Shown here piece after piece: positions 43,283-52,588 of a DNA stretch of 64,000 bases. Source of the DNA: Alphaproteobacteria bacterium (GTDB taxonomy: Bacteria > Pseudomonadota > Alphaproteobacteria > MPNO01); NCBI GenBank assembly GCA_965248835.1, contig CBDFLJ010000001.1, positions 1,216,001 to 1,280,000 of the forward strand, given 5' to 3'. A program made the position numbers and the translations under genes. The first letter of the stretch is position 1. Each line of letters starts with the position of its first letter. The notes beneath the pieces were generated by a model. The model worked only from the letters and a program-made list of their open reading frames with translations, searched no databases and was not told where the DNA came from.

Positions 43283-44378
43283 CGAGTGCGTTGAATCCGG
43301 CCGACAGCGCGAGCGCCGGCGCGAGGCGGTCTCTCACGATCTGTCTCAGCGCCCGAACCTGAATCGTCAGCTTCTCCGCCTGCGGCCGGAGCGAGCGGTC
43401 GACCGCGGCTTCCTCCAGGGGGCGGTTGATCGAACGCGCCGTCGCAATGGTGAGGCGAAACGCCTTGCGTAGCAGCCGGTCGAGTTTCGGATCGCCGGTT
43501 TTGACGAGCGCGCCGAGACCCGGCCCACCTTCGCCGCGATAGAGCGCCTGCAGCGCCTCGAGGTTGTCGATGACGTTGCGAAGCGATCGGCCGCTCCGAC
43601 GGGATTCCGCCATGCGAGGCCGCGCTGCCTGGAAGGTGTCGCCGACAACCGGTCTCAGCTTCGCGTCGGCGATGAGTTGCAGGCTGTCGTGAAGGCTCTT
43701 GAAAAACGATAGCGTCGCGTCACGGTGGTCCTGAAAGTATGGGTTTTGCGATCCTGGTTCCGCAAGGAGCCTGGCAAAGGGCGGCTCGCCTTCCTGCCAG
43801 CCGGCGAGGATTCCGGCCGCCATGCTGCGCATGTTCAGAGCTGTAGCTTCCAGCAATCCGCAGCCGATCATGCTTGTTCCCCTTCCCGTGCCCAGAAATT
43901 CGCTGCTGTAAAGGAGAACTTCGGCGGCCAACAAACCCTGAACCGCCGTGCTGGCCCGGCTGATGCGCGACGGGTGGAGGGCAGAGTCATCACCGGCTGC
44001 AACAAGCGCACGCACAACCGCTTCCACCTTGCCGCGTGCCTGAGGCCAGAAATGGAAACGATCGGCGCGCATGAACAGTTCGACCGGGCCGAAGCGCAGG
44101 TGCTGGACGCCCATCCAGGCCTCCATTGCATCATGGAAGCGCGCTTGCGTGCGCGCGCGGCTCGCCCGATCGCCACTGGCGCAGAAGTCCTTTGCGGCTG
44201 CCGCGAACGCCCCGGTTGCCGCCGATAAGAGCGTGTAACGCGGCAGGACATGGGTCTCGACCAGAGCCGCATTGACGCGTGCGTAATCCGCCGGCTTGAT
44301 CGGCTTCTCGCCCGAAACGGGCGCCGCATTCAGGAGAAGAAGGAAAATCAGGACCGCCGCCGAGAATTTGCGCATCAT
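43272..44378 (-). CDS. Imelysin-like periplasmic protein (type lacking the His motif)
   Basis: Signal peptide; HLRFGP, FWP, QGLLAAE, AESRRSGRS, C-terminal GFNALDGD. Confidence 0.85.
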   Translation of the reverse strand: MMRKFSAAVLIFLLLLNAAPVSGEKPIKPADYARVNAALVETHVLPRYTLLSAATGAFAAAAKDFCASGDRASRARTQARFHDAMEAWMGVQHLRFGPVELFMRADRFHFWPQARGKVEAVVRALVAAGDDSALHPSRISRASTAVQGLLAAEVLLYSSEFLGTGRGTSMIGCGLLEATALNMRSMAAGILAGWQEGEPPFARLLAEPGSQNPYFQDHRDATLSFFKSLHDSLQLIADAKLRPVVGDTFQAARPRMAESRRSGRSLRNVIDNLEALQALYRGEGGPGLGALVKTGDPKLDRLLRKAFRLTIATARSINRPLEEAAVDRSLRPQAEKLTIQVRALRQIVRDRLAPALALSAGFNALDGD

Positions 44379-44395
44379 GGAGCTGTGCTCATTTA

Positions 44396-45997
44396 TTAAA
44401 GCGAGCGCAGGAAAGCGAGCAGCGCCGCGCGTTCCTCTCTCGTCATGTTGACGACCCGCCGTTTCGCCGCCGCCGCTTCGCCGCCGTGCCAGAGGATGGC
44501 TTCAAGAAGGTTGCGCGCGCGGCCGTCATGCAGGAACAAGGTGTGGCCGTTCACGGTTTCGGTAAGGCCGATGCCCCAGAGTGGCGGTGTGCGCCACTCG
44601 CGTCCGGTCGCCTCGCCCTCGGGTCGGCCGTCGCTCAGCCCCTCGCCCATGTCGTGGAGCAGCAGATCGGAGTACGGCCAGATGAGCTGGAATGACTGCT
44701 CCTTGCCGATCGAGGCGCGCCCGGTCACGAATTTGGGCGTATGGCAGCCGGTGCAGTTCGCCTCGTAAAACAGGCGTTTCCCCTCGAGCACCTGCGCATC
44801 ATCGATGTTGCGGCGCGCCGGAACGCCAAGGTTGCGGCTGTAGAAAACAAGCAGGTCGAACATCTCGGCGCTCGCCTCGGCGCCGCGGGCTTCCGGGTCG
44901 CCGCCGTGAGGCGCGGCCCGGCATTCCCGCTGCGCCGGCGTGCAGTCGCCGTGTGGGCGTGGGTAGACAGGCGTGGAGATGCCGACGTCCCCCCGGAAGG
45001 CGCTTGCCGCTTGCTGCGCGACGGTCGGTTGTCCTGCCTTCCAACCGAATCTCCCCAGCATCACCTTGCCGTGCTCGTCGCTCCGGACCCGGTTCGGTCG
45101 CCCGGAAATGCCGTCGCCGTCGCGATCGTCCGGATCGGCGCCGGTGAAGATGTCAGCCTCCGCGATGGCTTCGAGCAGACCCATGCCGATGATCGGCGGG
45201 GCGACGCGCGGTGACATCATCGTATCGGGATGAAACGGCCCGTAGCGGAGATTCGTGACCCCATAGCTCGGCACACGCAGGGATGCCGCATCGCCGTCGG
45301 CCAATACGACCGGCGTCTCCTGGTAGGCGATCACCATCTCGCCCTCCGCGCTCACCCCCTGGACCGAGAAGTTTTGCAGCTGACCGCCGTAGGTCGGTTC
45401 TGCAATGACGGCCTTGCGGTAATCCCGCAGCGCTATTCGATCGGCGGTGTTGCGGGGCGGGATCGAAAGACGAAGAAACATCGATTCGGCCCGCTCCCCC
45501 TCGGCCGGCGGATGGCCGCGGCCGTCTTTCAGGTGACAGCGTTGACAGGAGCGCGCGTTGAACAGGGGGCCGAGACCGTCCGACGCCTTGGTGGAGCTCG
45601 GCGCCGACACCCACACCTTCCTGAAGATGCCGTTGCCGACCCTGAAGTCGAGCTCGCGCTCGAACGGCATGTTTGCAGACGGGTGCGAGAAAGCGTCTCG
45701 GCTTAGCGCTTTGAACACGGTTGCCGCGCCCCCGGGCCGGCGTTCGTATCGCTCGGGTCGAGCGAAGCTTTCCGCCGGCCGTGTCGCCGCCGCGACGCGC
45801 GCCCGCTCGATGCCGCGTTCTTCGGCGCGCGGCGCGCCGGCCGGAACCGAAAAAAGAAGGGCCGCAAAGGCAGCCAACGCAACGAGGACGCGCGCCGCGT
45901 TGCCTGAAGCCGAGCCGCGTGTGTGCAACACAAACCGATGCAAGAGCAGAGGCCTCACCATTGACTGGACCGTGGGCGAGAAAACAGCTTGACACAT
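44396..45997 (-). CDS. Di-heme oxidoreductase (DHOR) family protein
   Basis: Two CxxCH (CQRCH, CTGCH); DGLGPLFNA, GRFGWKA, YSDLLLHDMG, WRTPPLWGIG, LHDGRAR; start uncertain (45961-45997). Confidence 0.88.
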   Translation of the reverse strand: MCQAVFSPTVQSMVRPLLLHRFVLHTRGSASGNAARVLVALAAFAALLFSVPAGAPRAEERGIERARVAAATRPAESFARPERYERRPGGAATVFKALSRDAFSHPSANMPFERELDFRVGNGIFRKVWVSAPSSTKASDGLGPLFNARSCQRCHLKDGRGHPPAEGERAESMFLRLSIPPRNTADRIALRDYRKAVIAEPTYGGQLQNFSVQGVSAEGEMVIAYQETPVVLADGDAASLRVPSYGVTNLRYGPFHPDTMMSPRVAPPIIGMGLLEAIAEADIFTGADPDDRDGDGISGRPNRVRSDEHGKVMLGRFGWKAGQPTVAQQAASAFRGDVGISTPVYPRPHGDCTPAQRECRAAPHGGDPEARGAEASAEMFDLLVFYSRNLGVPARRNIDDAQVLEGKRLFYEANCTGCHTPKFVTGRASIGKEQSFQLIWPYSDLLLHDMGEGLSDGRPEGEATGREWRTPPLWGIGLTETVNGHTLFLHDGRARNLLEAILWHGGEAAAAKRRVVNMTREERAALLAFLRSL

Positions 45998-46026
45998 CCA
46001 TAATGCGAATGATACGCAATATCAAT

Positions 46027-46045
46027 GATATTGATTATCATTATC
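46027..46045. promoter_or_regulatory. Fur box in divergent promoter
   Basis: GATATTGATTATCATTATC, 17/19 match to GATAATGATAATCATTATC; second site ATAATGCGAATGA at 46000-46012. Confidence 0.85.
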
Positions 46046-46067
46046 ATATCCTCAAGAGAGGCTCGCC

Positions 46068-46274
46068 ATGGCAAACGCCGCTGGTCCCTACATGCGGGCC
46101 GCTGCGCGCTCTTCTCTGGAGGGCGGCCGGCAACGCCGGCAACGCCGGGGCGTGGTGGCCGATGCTCTTGGCGGCAACGACGTGACCGATCGCGTGCCGG
46201 GCTGGGCCGCGCGCGTCATGCTGCGCTCTGGCGGCGTATCGTTGATCGGCGAGCACTTGAGATACGAACGATGA
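46068..46274 (+). CDS. Possible small ORF translationally coupled to imelysin
   Basis: GAGAGG SD-like sequence just after the Fur box; TGA overlaps imelysin ATG (ATGA); no recognisable domain. Confidence 0.25.
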   Translation: MANAAGPYMRAAARSSLEGGRQRRQRRGVVADALGGNDVTDRVPGWAARVMLRSGGVSLIGEHLRYER

Positions 46275-47530
46275 AAACATTCTTGGCCGCGATCACGTTA
46301 ATGGCTTTGCCGATGCAAGCGTTCGCCGCGCCGCAGGCGCGCGAGGTGTTGTCACACTACGCCGCGATCGCGCATGCGGTGTACGAAGATTCGCTGACCG
46401 CTGCGCGCGACTTGCAGCAAGCCGTCAACCGGTTGATCGCCGCACCGACCGAACGGACTCTGAGCGCGGCGCGGGCCGCATGGAAGGCGGCGCGCGTTCC
46501 CTACCAGCAGAGCGAGGTCTATCGCTTCGGCAACGCCGTCGTCGACGATTGGGAGGGCAAGGTCAACGCCTGGCCGCTCGACGAAGGCCTGATCGACTAT
46601 GTCGCGGCAAGCTATGGCGCGGAGGCCGACGAGAACCCGGGGTACAGGGCCAACGTGATCGCGAGCCCGAGCCTCACCTTCTCGGGCCGCACCATCGACG
46701 CGCGGCGTATCACCAAGCGCCTGCTTGCCGAGACGCTCCACGAGCTCGGCGGCGTCGAGGCGAACGTAGCGACCGGTTATCACGCCGTCGAATTCCTCCT
46801 CTGGGGCCAGGATCTGAACGGTACGGGTCCGGGCGCAGGTGCGCGGCCGGCGAGCGATTTCGATCCAACCAACTGTTCGTGGGGCAACTGCGACCGGCGC
46901 GCGGCCTACTTGAGGGCGGCCACCGATCTTCTGGTCGAAGATCTGGCGTGGATGGCCGCCCAATGGGCGCCCGGCGGCGACGCCCGCAAGGGGTTGATCG
47001 ACGGCAATGTGAAACAGGGTCTCGCCGCCATCGTTACCGGCATGGGCAGCCTGTCCTACGGAGAGCTCGCCGGCGAGCGCATGAAGCTCGGACTGATGCT
47101 GCACGATCCGGAGGAAGAGCACGACTGTTTCAGCGACAACACCCATTACGCGCACTACTACGATGCGCTCGGCATCCGCAACGTCTATCTCGGGGAGTAC
47201 CGGCGCATCGACGGCACGGTGCTCAAGGGGCCGAGCCTCTCGAGTCTTGCCGCCGCCGCCTCGGCTGACGTCGATGAAAACCTGCGCGGCCGGCTGGATG
47301 CCACCATGGCGGCCATGGACGAGATCGTGAAGGCCGCGGAGGGCGGCGAGGCCTACGATCAGATGATCGGCGCCGGCAACCCAGCGGGCAACGCGCGGGT
47401 GCAGGCGGCCATCGACGCCTTGACGGCGCAGACCCGCGCTATCGAGAAAGCCGTTGCCGCGCTCCGGCTGGCTTCGATCGCGTTCGAAAGCTCGGACAGC
47501 CTCGACGATCCCGAGGCGGTCTTCAAATGA
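46271..47530 (+). CDS. Imelysin / IrpA-IcmP family iron-regulated protein
   Basis: Signal peptide MKTFLAA...AFA; VNAWPLDEGLIDYV, ATGYHAVEFLLWGQD (GxHxxE), EEEHDCFSDNT. Confidence 0.9.
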   Translation: MKTFLAAITLMALPMQAFAAPQAREVLSHYAAIAHAVYEDSLTAARDLQQAVNRLIAAPTERTLSAARAAWKAARVPYQQSEVYRFGNAVVDDWEGKVNAWPLDEGLIDYVAASYGAEADENPGYRANVIASPSLTFSGRTIDARRITKRLLAETLHELGGVEANVATGYHAVEFLLWGQDLNGTGPGAGARPASDFDPTNCSWGNCDRRAAYLRAATDLLVEDLAWMAAQWAPGGDARKGLIDGNVKQGLAAIVTGMGSLSYGELAGERMKLGLMLHDPEEEHDCFSDNTHYAHYYDALGIRNVYLGEYRRIDGTVLKGPSLSSLAAAASADVDENLRGRLDATMAAMDEIVKAAEGGEAYDQMIGAGNPAGNARVQAAIDALTAQTRAIEKAVAALRLASIAFESSDSLDDPEAVFK

Positions 47531-47714
47531 GCGGATTTCGGGCGAAGCACCGGCAGCGGCGGGTCGATGGCCGAGGACGATCATGAGGAGACGGCGCCGG
47601 TGTTGATCTGGCGCAACATCGACTCGAAATTGCTGGCCGCATTGCTGGTGACGACGGCCCGGATGCGCCGTGACCGCGAGGCGGTTCAATCGCGCGGCAA
47701 GGGGGCGATACGCC

Positions 47715-49022
47715 ATGTGCGGACCTAGCGCTAAGCCGGCGGACGTCCCGTTGGAGACGGAAAAACGTCTCCGACTGTGGGAGATTCCGTCCAACATGCA
47801 TTGTACCATCCTCGGTACCTGTCTGAGTCATCAAGAACTCATCAAGATCGGCCGCAGGGCCGGCATCGTGCCCGAGAAGCACGCCACCGATTACGAGGTG
47901 CACGCCTGGTTCGTACAACGGGCATCCGAGCCGGCCCGCTTGGCTCGGGTGATTCACAAGCGATTGGACCGCAAATATCGGCCCGCCATCGACGCCTGCC
48001 TGCCGGCGCAAGGCGAGGCGGATCTGGATGCATTCTGGTCGCTGTCTCTGGCCAAGGCTGACATCCCCGGGCCCTATTGGGCGTTGATGACGCACCCGTT
48101 GACGACCGAGACGTTGAGGGCGCGGGCGTTCGGCGACGTGCACATGCTCTCGCACCGGATAGGCTTCGCCAACCGCGACATCTTGCGGCGGCTGCGGACA
48201 GCGGAGGTCGAGCGCGGGAGGTTATCCGATCAGCTCGCCGATACCAGGCGGCACATGGCGGCCGAGCACCGGCGGACGTCTGAACGGCACGCCAAGGATA
48301 CGCAGACGCTGGTGCATCGGTTGCGGGAAGCCGAGATGGGCGAGGCAGCCCTGGCCGCCGCCGAGGCCCGATTGCGTGAATTCGAGCGCGGCGAGATCTA
48401 CCACACCCTGCGAAGCGAGAAAACGACGCTTGAGGCGGATTTGGAAGACGCCCGACACGTATGCGGGAAGCAATCGCGGAAATGCGAGGCCCTTGAGCGC
48501 GAACTGTCGCAGCTGAGGCAGGCGCACGAGGAAGCAACCGACAGGCTACAGGTAATCGGCGCCGAGTGTGCAGCGTTGGAGACCATGGTGCAGGCCGGCA
48601 TTCGCAACGGGACGGATCGCGCGGGCGCGGATGCGCGGATCATCGACCTGCGCGGGTGCCGCATAGCCTATGTCGGTGGGCGCGGCGGTACCGTCGGTCA
48701 CATCCGGGCTCTGATCGAGAACTCCAACGGTCTGTTCAGCCATCACGACGGCGGCATCGAGGACAGTGTCGCGCAGCTTGATCGAGTTCTGAACCAGGCA
48801 GACGTGGTCCTATGTCCCATCGATTGCGTCAGTCACGGTGCCTGCCTCAAGGCCAAGAAATTCTGCAAGCGGGCCGCCAAGACCTTCGTGCCGTTACGCA
48901 GCGCCAGTCTATCGTCATTGGCCACCTGGCTGCATCAGGCCACCGGGCCACGCGATGCAGTTGCAAAAGAGCGGCGTAATGTGCCGCTCGTCATGCTGAC
49001 GGAAACATCCAGGAACGGGTGA
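47715..49022 (+). CDS. Long-form DUF2325 domain protein
   Basis: N-terminal LWEI...HCTILGTCL, YWALMTHP, FGDVHMLSH; central coiled coil; C-terminal YVGGR...HHDGG...CPIDCVSHGAC...FCK. Confidence 0.8.
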   Translation: MCGPSAKPADVPLETEKRLRLWEIPSNMHCTILGTCLSHQELIKIGRRAGIVPEKHATDYEVHAWFVQRASEPARLARVIHKRLDRKYRPAIDACLPAQGEADLDAFWSLSLAKADIPGPYWALMTHPLTTETLRARAFGDVHMLSHRIGFANRDILRRLRTAEVERGRLSDQLADTRRHMAAEHRRTSERHAKDTQTLVHRLREAEMGEAALAAAEARLREFERGEIYHTLRSEKTTLEADLEDARHVCGKQSRKCEALERELSQLRQAHEEATDRLQVIGAECAALETMVQAGIRNGTDRAGADARIIDLRGCRIAYVGGRGGTVGHIRALIENSNGLFSHHDGGIEDSVAQLDRVLNQADVVLCPIDCVSHGACLKAKKFCKRAAKTFVPLRSASLSSLATWLHQATGPRDAVAKERRNVPLVMLTETSRNG

Positions 49023-49075
49023 GCTGGCGGGGTTTTGATGCGTCGCCGGATAACGAGTTGCGAGGAGGCCGCATC

Positions 49076-51202
49076 ATGTGTGCGAGACATAAGGGGCCGA
49101 CAATTTTCGCAGTCTGCGTGGCCCTGGCTTTGACGCCCGGTTATGCCTCAGCGCAGCAAAACCAAAGCGACGTCATCCAGCTCGACAAGATCGTCGTCGA
49201 CAAGGCCGGGCTGGTCGAGGAAACCGAGGGCGCGATCGAGATCACACGAGAGGATCTCGACAGGGCACAGGCGACCACGCTCGGCGACGTCTTTCGCTAT
49301 GCGCCCGGGATCGAAGGGCTCGCCGGGCCGGGGCGGCAATTTGGCGACGTCAACATCCGCGGAATCGACGGAGCGGGCGCGGTCATCATCGCCATCGACG
49401 GGGCGGAAAAGAACCTTGTCGAGACCAAGCACGGGATCGAATTCAACCCGATCTTCCTCAATCCGGACTTTCTCAAAAGCGTCACGATCGTCAAAGGGCC
49501 GGTCTCGAATGTCTATGGAACCGGGTCTATCGGCGGCCGCGTGGAGTTTCGCACTGTCGATCCGAGTGATTTCCTCGCCGTCGGCAAGGCCTTTGGCGGG
49601 GCCACGACGCTGGGCGGGGTCTCCAACGGCCCCGGCTACCACGCCAGCGCCATCGGCGCCGCGCGACTGGGCAAAGGCGGGGAAATTCTCGGCGGCCTGT
49701 CCTATCGCCGCTTTCACGACTATCGCGACGGCGACGATCTGGAGGTTCTCAACTCGGGCTCGGAGATAACCGGCATCCTGTCGAAAATCGTGTTGAGACC
49801 CGCCGATGGGTTGACCGTCGAGGCGAGCTACAATCGGACCGGGAATGAATATGTCGGCTCCAATGTGTATGGTCGAGCGAACTTCCGTCAGGATGCGGAT
49901 TTCGAGAACGATGTAGTAGACAGCTCTCTTACCGCGTCCGCCGAGTACAAGCCCGCATCGCTGACTTGGCTCAGCTTCGATGCGGATCTCTTCTATTCCA
50001 CAACTGTCCACGAGGAGACCCTCGTCGAGAAGCGTGCCGGTTCGCGGAGTCTTCCCGGTGACCGCGACAAGCGGGACGGTGTTTCTCGCGGCGGGACCCT
50101 CTTCGCCACCCTCAGGGGAACGACCGGGCCACTGCGCCACAAAGCCGCCATCGGCGGCAGCCTGACCAAGGACGTTCTGAAATACGAGAGGGTTCCCGGA
50201 ACCGATACCGAAGATGCCGGCACGCCCCCCGAGACCAACGGCGACCGCTTGGTCTATGGCTTCTTTGCCCAGAACCGGATCATATACGGCGACGGTCTTC
50301 TCGAGGTGATCCCGGGAGTGCGCTACGAGCGCTATGACGTCGAGACCGATCAGGGGGCCGAAACCTCCGGCGGAGAATTGCTGCCCAAGGTCACGCTCGC
50401 TTTGCGCCCGCTCATCCGAGCGTCGTTGAAGGGCTTGCAGCTATACGGGTCCTGGGCGCGGGGCCTGAGAGCGCCGAGACTGACCGAGCTGACCATTGAT
50501 CGGCAGTCGGAACGGACGCGGACGCTGAACGGGGTGACAACCACCACGATTACCAGAGATCTGGCAAACCCCGATCTCGAAGCCGAGTTCGCGCATAACG
50601 TTGAAATCGGGGCACGCTACAAGGGGCGGGGAGTCGTCGAGAGCGACGATGCGATGACGCTCACGGTCTCGCTTTTTCGGAACAACATCAAGAACAAGAT
50701 CGAGCGAGTGACCCTGAGCCAAGTGCCGCACGAGACCTTGGAATCAACGACCGTGACCACGCGTCAGATTCGCAATGTCGGCTCGGCACGCATCCAGGGC
50801 ATTGAGATCTCCGCTTCTTATGACGCACGGCGTTTCTTCTTCGGCGCGACAGCCGAGAAGACCAAAGGGAAGAACAAAGAAACAGGGGCGCCGTTGAACT
50901 CGGTGCGACCGACCTCCGCCACCCTCTACGGCGGGATGCGATTCCTCGATTATGCTCTGACCGTCGGCAGCGAAATCGAAATGGCGCAGGGCAAGACCGA
51001 AACCGGCGAGAACCTGGGCGTCATCGGCGATTCGACCAAAGGCTATACTCTGGTCAACCTGTTCTCCTCCTATCGGTTGAGCGATTCCGTCTCACTCAAC
51101 GCCCGCATCGATAACCTGTTCGACGTCGTTTATCGAAGATTCGACCACATCGATAACGGGGAGGGGATTAGCGGCAGGCTGTCGCTGACGGCGCGGTTCT
51201 AG
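49076..51202 (+). CDS. TonB-dependent receptor, heme/hemoglobin-receptor-like
   Basis: Signal peptide, TonB-box-like LDKIVV, NIRG, KGPVSNVYGTGSIGG, LRAP and NPDL motifs, NLFD..Y, C-terminal Phe. Confidence 0.88.
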   Translation: MCARHKGPTIFAVCVALALTPGYASAQQNQSDVIQLDKIVVDKAGLVEETEGAIEITREDLDRAQATTLGDVFRYAPGIEGLAGPGRQFGDVNIRGIDGAGAVIIAIDGAEKNLVETKHGIEFNPIFLNPDFLKSVTIVKGPVSNVYGTGSIGGRVEFRTVDPSDFLAVGKAFGGATTLGGVSNGPGYHASAIGAARLGKGGEILGGLSYRRFHDYRDGDDLEVLNSGSEITGILSKIVLRPADGLTVEASYNRTGNEYVGSNVYGRANFRQDADFENDVVDSSLTASAEYKPASLTWLSFDADLFYSTTVHEETLVEKRAGSRSLPGDRDKRDGVSRGGTLFATLRGTTGPLRHKAAIGGSLTKDVLKYERVPGTDTEDAGTPPETNGDRLVYGFFAQNRIIYGDGLLEVIPGVRYERYDVETDQGAETSGGELLPKVTLALRPLIRASLKGLQLYGSWARGLRAPRLTELTIDRQSERTRTLNGVTTTTITRDLANPDLEAEFAHNVEIGARYKGRGVVESDDAMTLTVSLFRNNIKNKIERVTLSQVPHETLESTTVTTRQIRNVGSARIQGIEISASYDARRFFFGATAEKTKGKNKETGAPLNSVRPTSATLYGGMRFLDYALTVGSEIEMAQGKTETGENLGVIGDSTKGYTLVNLFSSYRLSDSVSLNARIDNLFDVVYRRFDHIDNGEGISGRLSLTARF

Positions 51203-51378
51203 TGCATCGACCGAGGCATTTGAATCCGCCGGCAATTGGTGGTCCGGTAGCGACAACTCCCACAAACGTCTCGGCGAGTTGATCCATCGGTGCAAAACCA
51301 GCGGCTCAAAACGAAAGATTCGAACCGCTTGGAGTACGGCACAAGCGGGGTTCGGAATCGGCGGCGGAGGCAGTAAAG

Positions 51379-52566
51379 GTGAGCTGTCGTGCATTCAGCT
51401 TTTTCGTCGAGCTTCACCGATGGGTCGGTTTCGCCCTCTCGGTCCTATTTTTGATCATTATCTTGTCCGGCCTTGCGCTCGGCATCGAGAGCCTGATCAG
51501 GCGGATCGACGACCACGGTCAAGTTTATCGGCCGTTGTCACTCAAGGAACAGGCACTGGCGATCGAGACGCTTTGGCGGCGTTACCCGCAGGCGAGCGCC
51601 GTGACGGTGCCGACCGAGAGCCGCCCCTTCTTCCGGGTCTCTACCCGGGCAGGGAGCACGTTTCACGCGATCGAGGGCCTCGCTCTCGTCCATGAGATGC
51701 GACGGGGATCTGACAGCCTTCGCCGTTTCCTCATCGGCCTTCATCGCAATTTCTTGAAGGGCCGGCCCGGTCGGCATGTCGTCGCCTGGGTGTCCATACT
51801 CTCGGTCGCGATCGGTGTGATCGGTATCGTGGCCTGGTGGCCGCTCAGGCGGCGGTTTCGACTGCGCGACGTGATTCCGTCCTCTTTCGCGCGTCCGAAT
51901 CTGTTCCGCTTGCACTACACGGCCGGGGTCCTCGCCTTGGCGTTTCTTATAGTTCTCGGGTTGACCGGGGTCGGTATCACCTACCGCCAACAGGCCCACA
52001 TGCTCTTGGGCGTGGAACGTAATGTCCTCACTCGACCATTCGAAACACCCTACTATGTTGCGGAGAGCTGGCGGGAACGGATCCTTGCCGCTCAACCCTA
52101 TCTCGAAGGCGGGCGTTTCGTCGGCATTTCGCGCCCAAGAGCCCCCCGAGGAAGTCGGATCCGACTTGCCGCGAACCGCACCCTGGCCCCGATGGATGCG
52201 GTGCAAATCCGCTTTTTCGTCCCTGGCGACTGGCACGGTGCGGGCGCGTCCATGGTGCTGCTGGACGAGCCGCGCTCGGCAATCGTCGGCGTGTCGCACT
52301 TCCGCGAAAAAGCGTTCGGTCAGAAGCTCGGCGAGATGATGCGACCGCTTCACGATGGGTTCAACATGCCGACGGGCTATGTCGTCTTTCTAATCGCAGT
52401 GGCGGCCGTGCTGTTCCTGGTGGTGACGTCGGGTCTGTTCAGCTTTTTCCAGAAGACCTACCAACCGACAGGCGCGCCGGATTGGCATGCGGCCCGGCAA
52501 TGGCCGTGGTCCCGAGCGGCCGCGAGGGCGGATTCCGGCTCGCGCCAAGGACGAAGAGCGGAGTAG
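51379..52566 (+). CDS. PepSY-associated TM helix protein (FoxB/PiuB-like)
   Basis: LHRWVG, GLHRNF, RLHYTAG, PLHDG His motifs with four TM segments. Confidence 0.85.
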   Translation: MSCRAFSFFVELHRWVGFALSVLFLIIILSGLALGIESLIRRIDDHGQVYRPLSLKEQALAIETLWRRYPQASAVTVPTESRPFFRVSTRAGSTFHAIEGLALVHEMRRGSDSLRRFLIGLHRNFLKGRPGRHVVAWVSILSVAIGVIGIVAWWPLRRRFRLRDVIPSSFARPNLFRLHYTAGVLALAFLIVLGLTGVGITYRQQAHMLLGVERNVLTRPFETPYYVAESWRERILAAQPYLEGGRFVGISRPRAPRGSRIRLAANRTLAPMDAVQIRFFVPGDWHGAGASMVLLDEPRSAIVGVSHFREKAFGQKLGEMMRPLHDGFNMPTGYVVFLIAVAAVLFLVVTSGLFSFFQKTYQPTGAPDWHAARQWPWSRAAARADSGSRQGRRAE

Positions 52567-52588
52567 ACGAGGAACGGAGGGGAGGTCA

